A stretch of DNA of 56,733 nucleotides from a virus. Lineage: Duplodnaviria; Caudoviricetes. The notes under the pieces were generated by a model. It did not search any database. It was not told where the DNA came from and worked only from the letters and a program-made list of their open reading frames with translations. Of the stretch, positions 19,449 to 28,336 are shown in pieces. The stretch lies in IMG/VR virus record IMGVR_UViG_3300025087_000080, positions 1 through 56,733 of that record; one strand, 5' to 3'. Position numbers and translations under genes: made by a program. Each line of letters begins with the position of its first letter. Position 1 is the first letter of the stretch.

Positions 19449-19756
19449 TTTGCACTCCGCCACTCCGGAATCGCGTCGAGATTTTTTACTGCCTCCTCCG
19501 TCATCGGGATAACCTCGATAATCTCTGTTAACAAAACTTGTTTGACCGCGCAGGGGATGCGAGTCTCGCCTCTGATGTTTGTTACTCCCCTCACTGACAG
19601 CTCCGAGAGCGAAGCGGCCCCATTCCAGTGATGAATCCGTTTGGCGTTTGATACCACACCTCCCTTTCCTTCAAGACTCTCGAGTATGCCGTACCATACA
19701 CCCGCGCCGTACGTCCTGACGACGCACATTTTACCAATAAAATCATTTCTGTTCAT
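19445..19756 (-). CDS. Small beta-barrel phage protein (DUF6948-like)
   Basis: 'IGKMCVVRTYGAGVWYG...AKRIHHWNGAASLSEL...GV' motif; start at MNRNDF. Confidence 0.7.
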   Translation of the reverse strand: MNRNDFIGKMCVVRTYGAGVWYGILESLEGKGGVVSNAKRIHHWNGAASLSELSVRGVTNIRGETRIPCAVKQVLLTEIIEVIPMTEEAVKNLDAIPEWRSAK

Positions 19757-19776
19757 CTTGTTCTGCCTTTCTGTTG

Positions 19777-19835
19777 TGTCAAGCATTACTTGACAGCTCA
19801 TCCTGCATGGTGTTTACTAAATCTCGCAGGCATTG
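19777..19835. repeat. Direct repeat copy B
   Basis: 696 bp from copy A; covers the 3' end of CDS 19779..20048. Confidence 0.9.
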
Positions 19836-20048
19836 CATCGCCTGAGCTTCCGCTTCTGGTGTTCCTGGGATAAATTTCTCGGGATTAAATAATCCGATCA
19901 TGCCATTGGCATATGATACATATCCATCAGTATCGTAGTGAAGTCTCCAATCGTGCATGTCTGCAAAATATCCTGGAATAGCCCCTGTGTCAAACGGCTG
20001 GCATCTCCACGAGGATTTTCCGTGATCCCGAAACTCTTTCCAATTCAT
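19779..20048 (-). CDS. Hypothetical protein
   Basis: GAGGAG SD; shares a PGT.EA...A...LR motif with 24173..24541. Confidence 0.6.
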   Translation of the reverse strand: MNWKEFRDHGKSSWRCQPFDTGAIPGYFADMHDWRLHYDTDGYVSYANGMIGLFNPEKFIPGTPEAEAQAMQCLRDLVNTMQDELSSNA

Positions 20049-20071
20049 GCTCTTCTCCTCTGTTTTATCTC

Positions 20072-20100
20072 TTGACTTTTACGTTGATTTATCATATCTT
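20072..20100 (+). promoter_or_regulatory. Sigma70-type promoter antisense to the surrounding operon
   Basis: TTGACT-17nt-TATCTT, the same hexamers as the early promoter at 38894..38922. Confidence 0.6.
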
Positions 20101-20106
20101 CTCCTC

Positions 20107-20180
20107 AGTCTCCTTTCTCTTCCTCCTTGCGGGCTGGTTACCCGATCACCCTCCCTGCCTAAACGGTGGGGAGGGTTTTT
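20107..20180 (+). ncRNA. Candidate ~75-nt CU-rich small RNA
   Basis: Lies between the promoter above and a CCCTCCC...GGGAGGG-TTTTT terminator oriented for the + strand. Confidence 0.4.
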
Positions 20181-20183
20181 AGT

Positions 20184-20828
20184 CTAAAACATTTCCTCTT
20201 GCCTGAGCCGGTCTTCGGCGATTTTAACGTAGTCGGGATTCAGCTCGATCCCGAGGTACTTTCTTCCAAGTTGTTTCGCAGCTACGAGTGTAGTACCTGA
20301 TCCGGCGAAGGGATCAAGAATCAGATCGCCAGGGCGTGAGTATGTGTGAACAATCCATTTCATCAATTCAAGTGGTTTCTGTGTTGGATGATAGCGAGTT
20401 ATTTCTTTTCCTAACAATCCATTGTATTGACAAACTTTAATTTTAACTGAACTCCGCCTTATGTTTGTCCAAACCAATTCGGCATCACTGAATGTTGGCA
20501 TTGTTTGCTGTTTGTCCCACACAATCCAATGGGTACTTTGTGGCAACAAGTCGGCAAAATAATTACCCCCGAAAATTAAAATGGTTTTCCCTATTCGTAA
20601 TATCTCGTCAAAATATATTTTATCTGGACGTTGATTATCCCAATTGTCATCATAGTAGCGGAGTTCTATTTTTTTCTCTTTTTTATGGTTAAATGTTCGT
20701 GCTCCCGTAAGCCCATGACTTCTCTTAATGCCATACGGAGGATCGGTAATAATAGCATCAACGCACCCGTCGGGCAGTTGCTTCATCAGCTCAAGGCAAT
20801 CCCCGCAGAGGATTACGTTCTCAGTCAT
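20184..20828 (-). CDS. Orphan N6-adenine/N4-cytosine DNA methyltransferase (beta class)
   Basis: TDPPY, HPTQKP, LDPFAGSGTT and GIELN motifs. Confidence 0.93.
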   Translation of the reverse strand: MTENVILCGDCLELMKQLPDGCVDAIITDPPYGIKRSHGLTGARTFNHKKEKKIELRYYDDNWDNQRPDKIYFDEILRIGKTILIFGGNYFADLLPQSTHWIVWDKQQTMPTFSDAELVWTNIRRSSVKIKVCQYNGLLGKEITRYHPTQKPLELMKWIVHTYSRPGDLILDPFAGSGTTLVAAKQLGRKYLGIELNPDYVKIAEDRLRQEEMF

Positions 20829-21024
20829 GCAGGAATCCTTTAGGGGGGTGTTCGAGTGCTTCCTCGATCATCAAACTAAATGCTGAGAGTTTAATGGGAA
20901 ACCGAACTTCCCAATATCTTCCACATTCCCCGCAATGTATCTGCATTACTGCTCCGGATAGGCTATCTACTCCGCGGGCGTACAGCCTCCCCTTACATAC
21001 TGGGCACTCGGTGTTCAACTTCAT
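20821..21024 (-). CDS. Small zinc-ribbon protein
   Basis: CPVC and CGEC; overlaps its neighbours in the operon. Confidence 0.6.
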   Translation of the reverse strand: MKLNTECPVCKGRLYARGVDSLSGAVMQIHCGECGRYWEVRFPIKLSAFSLMIEEALEHPPKGFLHD

Positions 21025-21440
21025 TTGAACCTCCCGTTCTTATCCCGTTTCTGCCTTTCCGTTTGTTCGGAACGTAATTGTTTTTCATGGGATGAGATTT
21101 CCTGAAAGAAAAAAGGAATTACTGTCCAAGAAGGATAGACGTTTGCAATGACATCCTCATCGGCTACTAATTTCTCTTTATTCAGCCAGCCGTACCGAAC
21201 AAGATAAAAAAGCCTCTTCTTGCCGGTTGTTTCAAAATTATAGCGGTCGTCAAAATAAACTTTTTGTCCTTCGGGAATATACTTCATTCCCACGATTGCG
21301 CATGGAGCATCAGGAGCCTCCGTTTTACGGAAGACTCTGTTTTGCTTTCGCCAGCCTTCGGAAGAATTTTCGTAAGCGGAGACGGTGATACTAGCAGCCT
21401 TAATCACCTTTCCGATAAAATACAGGTGGTGTGCTTTCAT
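21021..21440 (-). CDS. Hypothetical protein
   Basis: Start MKAHH with GAGGAG SD; C-terminal 'RDKNGRF'. Confidence 0.6.
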   Translation of the reverse strand: MKAHHLYFIGKVIKAASITVSAYENSSEGWRKQNRVFRKTEAPDAPCAIVGMKYIPEGQKVYFDDRYNFETTGKKRLFYLVRYGWLNKEKLVADEDVIANVYPSWTVIPFFFQEISSHEKQLRSEQTERQKRDKNGRFK

Positions 21441-21441
21441 T

Positions 21442-21810
21442 TTACTTCTCCTCTTGGTTATGCGGTGGCAGTGTTTTGATCTGCCAGGTTTTGTTCTTCC
21501 ACTGTACCAGCCGGAACACATACTGTGGGAACTGGTCAGCAGCCACCTTGATCTTGACGTTGGCATCCTCCTGCATGAAACCCTTTGTTTCGTGAAACTC
21601 GATAGTTCCGTCCGGTAGCATCACCTCGAAGTCGGGTTTGTAGTACGTCCTGTCCGCCAGTTTCAGGTTATGCCGTTCATAGGCGAAGCTGTGGATCTTA
21701 CCAGCAAGCTGGAGGGTACGCAGATGATCGTAATAGCGTCGTTCAAGGTTGTTCATACCGTCGGTTCTGGCGGTGCGACCGCGGGCACGCTTAAATATTA
21801 CTCGTGGCAT
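21442..21810 (-). CDS. PD-(D/E)XK endonuclease (DUF1064-like, possible resolvase)
   Basis: 'MNNLERRY...YKPDF...FHETKG...KIK' motif. Confidence 0.8.
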   Translation of the reverse strand: MPRVIFKRARGRTARTDGMNNLERRYYDHLRTLQLAGKIHSFAYERHNLKLADRTYYKPDFEVMLPDGTIEFHETKGFMQEDANVKIKVAADQFPQYVFRLVQWKNKTWQIKTLPPHNQEEK

Positions 21811-21813
21811 TTT

Positions 21814-22092
21814 TCAGAGATCCTCTCCGGTGATGTCGAGTTGTTTGCACCACGCCACCACCTGCTTCCGCAAGAGCCTTTCGGCGACAACTTTTGCCTC
21901 AGAGGCGGAGCCAAACGTAACGGTCTGTTGAAATTCGAGCTCGAAGGAGAATGATTCTATTCCCCAAGATCCGTCGTCATCATTTTGCAGGAGATAAACT
22001 CCCACGTCCTGACAGAGCATTGCTCCGTAAAGAGTAAATTTGAGCCGGGTCGGCTTCTCAATTTCCCATTCCATTTCAACCTCTTTCTTCAT
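21814..22092 (-). CDS. Hypothetical protein
   Basis: Operon-packed ORF; the start may be 22074. Confidence 0.5.
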   Translation of the reverse strand: MKKEVEMEWEIEKPTRLKFTLYGAMLCQDVGVYLLQNDDDGSWGIESFSFELEFQQTVTFGSASEAKVVAERLLRKQVVAWCKQLDITGEDL

Positions 22093-22209
22093 CGATTTTA
22101 GGGTGTCCTACTAACACCCATTCTTTGCGGGTTGAGTCCCAGACTATCTCCTGACGAAGTTTCACCGTCAGGTTCGTGTTCTCGATAAACACCGTGTAAC
22201 CGATGGTGT

Positions 22210-22704
22210 TCATCTCTTCTCCTGAAAGAAACCCGACAGGTCACCCTTCTCATACATCTCCCTTACCTCATCGGCACAAAGAACGTGTTTGATGTTAGAA
22301 TCATAGTATGAAGGAGTATTGTCTTTTACGAAATTTTTGTTGTTATCCCAGTCAAACAAACTGGAGATAAGAGCCCTTGCTTCAGGTACGTAAGGTAGAT
22401 ACAGCCAACAGGATATATTGCCTATAACATACCGAATATCCTGATCTGTAGGATTGGAGAAGACTATTGGCTCCCCGAACTCCCTTAAAGTTTGAAGAAG
22501 CTCCTCGTGAACAGTTGCGATAGGAGTTATCCCTTCCCTTATCCAATACATAGCATAAATGTTGGTATAGTCTTTGAGGAAAGACACATTTATGCTGCCA
22601 AAATACTCAGACAGAAAGTCAAGCTTGTCAAAGAATGACTTGAGACTATCCAATTTCGATAGTTCAGTTTCAATCTCTGCTTTTTTCTTCTCGTAGATAC
22701 TCAT
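22210..22704 (-). CDS. Hypothetical protein
   Basis: AAGGGAG SD; 164 aa. Confidence 0.6.
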   Translation of the reverse strand: MSIYEKKKAEIETELSKLDSLKSFFDKLDFLSEYFGSINVSFLKDYTNIYAMYWIREGITPIATVHEELLQTLREFGEPIVFSNPTDQDIRYVIGNISCWLYLPYVPEARALISSLFDWDNNKNFVKDNTPSYYDSNIKHVLCADEVREMYEKGDLSGFFQEKR

Positions 22705-23143
22705 TGTTTCTCCCTTAGTTAATTACCTTGAGCAGGAGCAACATTGCTCCTATGACGACTACGCCAGTGAGTATGTCTCCGATCAAACTAAAGAGTAGGA
22801 TACAAAATAGTAGTTTTATCCCCATCATTCTTCATCTCCTATGCCTTTCTGTTAATACGACCAAGTGCTTAACTCCTTTTCATTAACCCTTAGTATGAAG
22901 TTACATTCACATACTGGGCAATAGTAGATATTGCCTGTATGTTCCCCCTCTCTAAACCTTGGAGAGTTATAGTTACAGTACGTTGTATCTACAACTTCCA
23001 TATCTTCGATACTACAATTAGGGCAGTTCATTCTACCCTCCGTTATCGTATCAGTTCGAGCAGTAACAACGCCGCTCCGACAACGACTGCGCAGATGATC
23101 AACAAGTCGATCACCGTTCCACCCGCTGCGTATAGGTTAATCT

Positions 23144-23857
23144 TCATTCTTTGCCTCCTATAACTTGTTTAATAATGGCGAGTACGTCTAAGTCTTTTTT
23201 CTGATCCATTGAAAATTCCACGGCACTTGCAGCAATCTCCTTCACCGCCTTCAATGCCCACATCATTTCACGGGCACTCGCATACAGATGCCAATCGTTA
23301 GCAATTCCAATGACAGTCATATCCACCTCCGCCGCTCTCGCTGCCCCTCTGGCAATACACCACATCGCAGACCAATCGTGCTCCACAGCCTCCGCCGCTT
23401 TCATCGCAGACTTTTTAGAACGATCTTTACCGTTGAGCCAATCCTCCGCCCACTCTGTCCAGGCGAGTTCTGTATAAACAAGCATAACGGTACGGATTGC
23501 GATTTCGACCCGCTGTTCTATATTGATCTCAGGCAGCGGGATCTCTTCGATCAGGGTTAGGGACGAGCATCCGAGTTTTATCTGTCCATCACGGATACCG
23601 ACCTTTCCCTCTGCTCGGTATAGACGAGGGTGGAAGTAGTGGATGTGGGTAGGGCTGAAAAAACTCGCTAAAAGAGGATCTTCGTACGCGTGAAGCCAAC
23701 CGGATGAACAGATTCTTCCTACTCCTGGAGCAGTAGCCTTAATCCCAAGAACGTACTGGAAACCGCCATAAGCACGAAGGTTCTCATCGGTCAACTTGTA
23801 TACTTTCACGGTTCTCTCCGGTGTTGCACCTGTGTTGCACCTGTGGTTAATCTTCAT
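23144..23857 (-). CDS. Conserved phage protein (YKLTD...FQY...CSSGWLHAY motif, Ala-rich tail)
   Basis: Motif pattern common in phage accessory proteins; ATGA coupling to the upstream gene. Confidence 0.65.
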   Translation of the reverse strand: MKINHRCNTGATPERTVKVYKLTDENLRAYGGFQYVLGIKATAPGVGRICSSGWLHAYEDPLLASFFSPTHIHYFHPRLYRAEGKVGIRDGQIKLGCSSLTLIEEIPLPEINIEQRVEIAIRTVMLVYTELAWTEWAEDWLNGKDRSKKSAMKAAEAVEHDWSAMWCIARGAARAAEVDMTVIGIANDWHLYASAREMMWALKAVKEIAASAVEFSMDQKKDLDVLAIIKQVIGGKE

Positions 23858-24159
23858 TTTCCCACCCATGTGCCGATAATTGCATTAAATCCATCAGATT
23901 CGGGGGACGAAGGAATTACGCCATTCTTGATCAAGATTTTATATCGCCTTGCTTCTTCTTTTATATTAAATTTCATGCTTATATTAACTATCTGATTCCC
24001 GGTATAAATTACCGATTTTCCCGGGAAAATGATCTGTGATCTCGATGAAGAGTCACATGGAGTTATGATTCTATAGAATCCCGATCTCGTCTCGGTAACG
24101 ATATTGTTTGAGGACTCAGAGCTGATACTTGGATTATGATTCTTCGTCTTTTTAGCCAT
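23854..24159 (-). CDS. Hypothetical protein
   Basis: GAGG SD; C-terminal SDGFNAIIGTW shared with 24579..24797. Confidence 0.55.
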   Translation of the reverse strand: MAKKTKNHNPSISSESSNNIVTETRSGFYRIITPCDSSSRSQIIFPGKSVIYTGNQIVNISMKFNIKEEARRYKILIKNGVIPSSPESDGFNAIIGTWVGK

Positions 24160-24172
24160 AATACTTTCCTCG

Positions 24173-24541
24173 TTATTGTCCTTCAGTTTTAAGATTCAAA
24201 GGATTATTGCATTCTGGACATGGAACAAGCGCAGAACCCATAGCACCAGGATAAGCATATCCCCATGTCACGAATTTTTTTCCCTTACAACGAGGGCAAA
24301 CTATACGCTCAGTTATAGCTGCTGTGAAATTTCTCAGATAGCGGAGAGCTGTTTCTTTCGCTTCTGCTGTCCCAGGTTTTACTCTTTTTATATCAAATGA
24401 ACCAATGCAAATAGCCCCAAACCAAACTGTTCCGGTGCTGGTATATTTCAATATCTTATCTGACTCTGCTAAAAAGCAAACATCGTCCAAGATATTCAAT
24501 TCCCAAACTGTTACCGCAGGTGTCGTAAATGATCTCCACAT
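24173..24541 (-). CDS. Hypothetical protein with C-terminal CxxC-CxxC finger
   Basis: Start MWRSF after an AAGGA SD; CPRCKG and CPEC. Confidence 0.55.
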   Translation of the reverse strand: MWRSFTTPAVTVWELNILDDVCFLAESDKILKYTSTGTVWFGAICIGSFDIKRVKPGTAEAKETALRYLRNFTAAITERIVCPRCKGKKFVTWGYAYPGAMGSALVPCPECNNPLNLKTEGQ

Positions 24542-24578
24542 TTCAACTTCCTTCTCGTTTCTGTTGTGGTCGCAAAAG

Positions 24579-24797
24579 TTATTCAACTTCATCAAGCGCA
24601 CGTAATACCTCTTCATCGGATTCATCCCCGGGCCATGCGCCGATAATCGTATTAAATCCATCACTTTTGCTTGGTATTGGATTTGGATTGTTGGATAAAT
24701 AATCCCATACAATATATTTTGAGGTTGATGAATAGTGCTCAAAACACAAGTACGTTCCTGAATTACCCATAGTTGTTGCACAATTTGAACAGCGCAT
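24579..24797 (-). CDS. Small hypothetical protein
   Basis: AAGGAG SD; N-terminal CxxC...CxxH and C-terminal IIGAWPGDESDEE. Confidence 0.55.
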   Translation of the reverse strand: MRCSNCATTMGNSGTYLCFEHYSSTSKYIVWDYLSNNPNPIPSKSDGFNTIIGAWPGDESDEEVLRALDEVE

Positions 24798-24817
24798 ATT
24801 GATCTCCTTTATTCTTT

Positions 24818-25642
24818 TTATTGTAGTAATCGAGCTAATCTTGTAAGCCCGATCCCGCCTCCAAACCGAGGTACCATAGGCAGGGCGAGGTACTGCTCTA
24901 GTTCTCGCTCTACTCTTGCCTCCCCAAACTTCTCAAACAGTAGGTTAGCGTACTCTCCGTCCGATACCGTGTAGAAGTTCTGTCTCATTTGTTCTGGATC
25001 GGTAGAGCGTTCAGCAGATCCTATGGTTTCCATTCCGTTCAGAATCACGTCGCATTTTGCGTAATTTCCGTCTTCATATCTTTTTATGTTCCAAAAGGGG
25101 TGAGACCTTTGCGGGGAGCCTACTAAAAATACAGTACCTCCATAATCTTTCAGGGTCATAGCTTCATGCTCTGCTTCAATAATTGAAGTGTTATATCGAG
25201 TGCATAATTCATTGTAGTATTTTATATGGCGGACAAAACTGTAGGGAAGTTCTAAATCCCATCCTAAAAAGTCAAGAAGATCTGCTTCTAAATGCAACAA
25301 ATCGGATATTGTCCCAAACGATTCAAATTCAAACATAGGGAAGATTAGATCGTGTCTTCCCGCGATAGGGTTTTCTTCGTTCCTGTAACTCGTTGTGATA
25401 CAGAACACTCCTGCTTCATTTTTAGCATTTGTTAGGAGCTCTTGTTCGAGCCACATTTGTCCGGTCTGCGGAAGCGGATAGAGCTGATTTCTGAAATTGA
25501 AAGTAGAGATAGTCTTCGGGTCTTCACAGGTAGCCAAGATGGAAAGGCGAGACTGTGCAGGAACTTCTATGAAGTTGAGTCTGGTGGAGAAAAAAGCTCT
25601 CAGGCTTTTAACTATTTTGTTGTAGGTGAAGATGTCATTCAT
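24818..25642 (-). CDS. Class II (Asp/Asn/Lys-type) aminoacyl-tRNA-synthetase-like protein, catalytic domain only
   Basis: Motif 1 'FF...FIEVP', 'LPQTGQMWLE', motif 2 'SYRNE...RH..IFPMFEFE', 'ETIGSAER', motif 3 'PRFGGGIGLTRL'. About 274 aa, so no N-terminal anticodon-binding OB domain. Confidence 0.85.
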   Translation of the reverse strand: MNDIFTYNKIVKSLRAFFSTRLNFIEVPAQSRLSILATCEDPKTISTFNFRNQLYPLPQTGQMWLEQELLTNAKNEAGVFCITTSYRNEENPIAGRHDLIFPMFEFESFGTISDLLHLEADLLDFLGWDLELPYSFVRHIKYYNELCTRYNTSIIEAEHEAMTLKDYGGTVFLVGSPQRSHPFWNIKRYEDGNYAKCDVILNGMETIGSAERSTDPEQMRQNFYTVSDGEYANLLFEKFGEARVERELEQYLALPMVPRFGGGIGLTRLARLLQ

Positions 25643-26030
25643 CTTAATCCTCTTTATCAAGTGTGGTGGAACGATTGTTCGCCTAAAACTTCGCTACGCT
25701 TTAAGCGAGGCACATAGAAGCGTAGATTGTGTTTAACCTGTCACCTTTTTTTACCCCGCTAAAAAGTATCGCTACAGGGCTTAATTTTAAGTTTCCCTGT
25801 TTAACCCAAGCTCTTCCATTGCCAGATGACGACCCTTCGCTGTCAGTATCGCTATTCCCCGTTCTTGCAAGTCGTTAATCCCGATGCCGCGAGGTGAATA
25901 TAATCAGCGTCTAAATTCGACTGAATGAAAAATCCAGGGATATCAGGCGTAGATAGTTCTTTTGCTACCATCTGCCTCAAAATTGCCCGTTGCGCACATG
26001 ATAGATTAAACATAGTGCTCTCTCCTTCTC

Positions 26031-27449
26031 TTAGAATGGAATGACGTACTCTTCTTTTTGATAGCCTGCATGATTTTCCTGAGCAGGGGAGTTATTATCT
26101 AAGTCTTTTTCAAGAGACATAAACCTACCTGTGTTCTTATTAAAAAGCAGGTTCACGTGACCGGTTGGCCCCTCGCGATGCTTTGCGATGTTTATTTCTA
26201 CTGGCTGGTTTTCCGGCTCTTCGTACCCGGGAGAATTTCGCTTGTAATATGCTTCTCGGTACATTAGCATCACAATATCAGCGTCTTGTTCGATGCTCCC
26301 TGAGTCACGAAGGTCAGACATCACAGGTCTTTTATCACCGCCTCTTGTTTCCAATGATCTACTAAGTTGAGAAACAAGTATTACAGGCACATCAAGGTCT
26401 TTTGCAATTCCCTTTATGCGCCGTGTTATCATTGAGATTGCGGAATTATCGCTTTGTGAATAGCGATCTCTGTCAATTAGCTGAAGATAGTCTATGATCA
26501 AAACATCAAGTTTATTCTGGAGCTTGAGAAGCCTGGCTGTTGTGTGGATTGTTGTCACATGTTGCGTGAAGGTATCGCTAATGTGGATCGGTAGTTCTGC
26601 TATTTGGGATGTTGTGGATGTAAATTGAGACCATTGTTCCTTGTTAATCCACCCGCGGTTCAGACTATAGGCTGGTATCCCCGAGGCAAGAGAAACTAAT
26701 CTCTGACCTAACGCCCTTGATTGCATCTCAAGGGATAAAATAACTACGTGACTGCCTGCTTTCGCTGCATTGTACGCAAAATTCAGGGTTAGGGCCGTCT
26801 TCCCTACACTTGGGCGGGCGGCTATTATTATCAAGTCACCACCGCTAAACCCAAGCAAAAGGCTATCTATTGCGTTATATCCACACGGGATCCCCTTAAT
26901 TCCGCTATTTCTTGATAGCTGTTCGGTATGTGTCTGCACGTCGAACATAACCTCTTTTATATTATGAACTTGAGTATGATTGGATTGCTGCGTAATTGAT
27001 ACCAGTTCTCCAATTACCCTATCAACAAGTTCACTTGGTTCTGTTTCTGGTTCAATCGCCTCATCAAGCAATCTTGTCAGGAGATATATAGACCTCAATT
27101 CAAACTTCTTTGCGACTATCTGAGCGTAATAGCTGGCATTGCGAGGAGTAGCGTTTCCCTCAGACAGTTCCACCAGGTACAAATCACCGCCAACTTCATT
27201 CAATAAATCCTTGCCCTTTAGGTACGAAGATACGGTAACAATGTCAATAGGCTTTCCGTTCTCGAAGAGACGACACATTGCCTCGAAGATAAACTGGTGT
27301 TTGCTCCAGTAGAACATCTTTGAATCGGTTATTATTTGAGAGACTGTTCCATAGGCAAGTCCTGACAATAAGCACGCCCCTAAAACCGCCTTTTCGGAAT
27401 CAAGGTCAGAAGGCAATGGGTTATTTTTATTTTGTTTGGTCGGTTTCAT
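26031..27449 (-). CDS. dnaB: Replicative DNA helicase
   Basis: AARPSVGKT Walker A, SLEM, IIDYLQL, SQLSR, SDLRDSGSIEQDAD, AKHREGPTG. Confidence 0.97.
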   Translation of the reverse strand: MKPTKQNKNNPLPSDLDSEKAVLGACLLSGLAYGTVSQIITDSKMFYWSKHQFIFEAMCRLFENGKPIDIVTVSSYLKGKDLLNEVGGDLYLVELSEGNATPRNASYYAQIVAKKFELRSIYLLTRLLDEAIEPETEPSELVDRVIGELVSITQQSNHTQVHNIKEVMFDVQTHTEQLSRNSGIKGIPCGYNAIDSLLLGFSGGDLIIIAARPSVGKTALTLNFAYNAAKAGSHVVILSLEMQSRALGQRLVSLASGIPAYSLNRGWINKEQWSQFTSTTSQIAELPIHISDTFTQHVTTIHTTARLLKLQNKLDVLIIDYLQLIDRDRYSQSDNSAISMITRRIKGIAKDLDVPVILVSQLSRSLETRGGDKRPVMSDLRDSGSIEQDADIVMLMYREAYYKRNSPGYEEPENQPVEINIAKHREGPTGHVNLLFNKNTGRFMSLEKDLDNNSPAQENHAGYQKEEYVIPF

Positions 27450-28326
27450 CGTCTTTAAGCCGATATTGTGACATGATATATTCTGGCGTTTTGTAGTCCA
27501 TAGCAGGACGCCCGTTTACAGCAGGTGGGGTAAAGCTAATTCCTATCTCTTCGGCATAGTCTTCAATTTCTAAAAACCATTTCCTACCCTTAGTTTTCCA
27601 GTTTTCATTGAGTTTCGTCAGTGTGCGCACGGTATCCTTAAAGCTGAACCCTTGTCGGTCATCCCCGACTATTACCTTGCACACAGTTACAACCCTGGCA
27701 TAAGAGTATTTCTTAATCAATTTTTCAGCCTCTTGAATTTGTTTATCGCGGTTAATGTTTGAACCCCTGAAGGTTTCCATAACGTGTTCGGTAAATCTTC
27801 TTCCAATCCCATACGCCTCCGCCGAAGGGGGAGGAAGAGAGGGTTTGACTTTTATCTTTTTCTCTTCTCCTTCTACTCCTTCTTTTCCTTCTACTCCTTC
27901 TACTCCTTCTAGGATAGTGTGTTTCTGCGACGTTTCTGCGACGTTTCTGCGTCGTTTCTGCGTCGTTTTCTGCGTCAGGTTCTGCGGTGTCTCCATCTGG
28001 TATTTCTTCCAATTCACTATTGTAATTACTAAACTTACGTTCGTATTCTGCGTCGTTATTTGCGACGTTTTTTCTAGCTGGTTCAGAAATCGTTTTACTT
28101 TCGTGTTTGACCACATCCACCGATCAGCTAGATTGTGCATCGACCAGCCTACCTGACCGGGAAATAGATTGATATAAATACCACGAACTAGTATCTGACC
28201 AGGGTGATGGTTTGCCAACATTAGCAAATCAACCCACGCTTGCCCGCGGGTAAATTTTTCGGATAGCCACAATTTATTTGTAGCTAATTTTCGATAGAGT
28301 TTCAGCCAGGAAGTATCTTCATTCAT
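27427..28326 (-). CDS. Phage replication initiator (N-terminal wHTH, iteron-containing linker)
   Basis: 'WLKLYRKL...AWVDLLMLANH...GQ...LADRW.WS..KV.RFL..LE'; directly upstream of dnaB; GGGGAG SD before ATG 28326. Confidence 0.85.
   Translation of the reverse strand: MNEDTSWLKLYRKLATNKLWLSEKFTRGQAWVDLLMLANHHPGQILVRGIYINLFPGQVGWSMHNLADRWMWSNTKVKRFLNQLEKTSQITTQNTNVSLVITIVNWKKYQMETPQNLTQKTTQKRRRNVAETSQKHTILEGVEGVEGKEGVEGEEKKIKVKPSLPPPSAEAYGIGRRFTEHVMETFRGSNINRDKQIQEAEKLIKKYSYARVVTVCKVIVGDDRQGFSFKDTVRTLTKLNENWKTKGRKWFLEIEDYAEEIGISFTPPAVNGRPAMDYKTPEYIMSQYRLKDDETDQTK
27921..27987. repeat. Iteron array, probable replication origin inside the initiator gene
   Basis: Six tandem ~11-mers GTTTCTGCG(A/T)C, with further degenerate copies near 28046-28070 and adjacent TCCTTCTAC repeats at 27867-27910; lambda O-like arrangement. 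Confidence 0.75.
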
Positions 28327-28336
28327 AGGGGGACTC

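Noticed and set aside
19118-19631. Poly(Thr-Val) ORFs on both strands
   Set aside because: These are alternative frames of the hexamer array; only the Gly-rich frame has a coupled start.
19081-19835. Diversity-generating retroelement TR/VR pair
   Set aside because: No reverse transcriptase in the genome, and the mismatches between copies are not confined to adenines.
24818-25642. Canonical AsnRS/AspRS/LysRS
   Set aside because: Too short and lacks the anticodon-binding domain, so no gene symbol was assigned.
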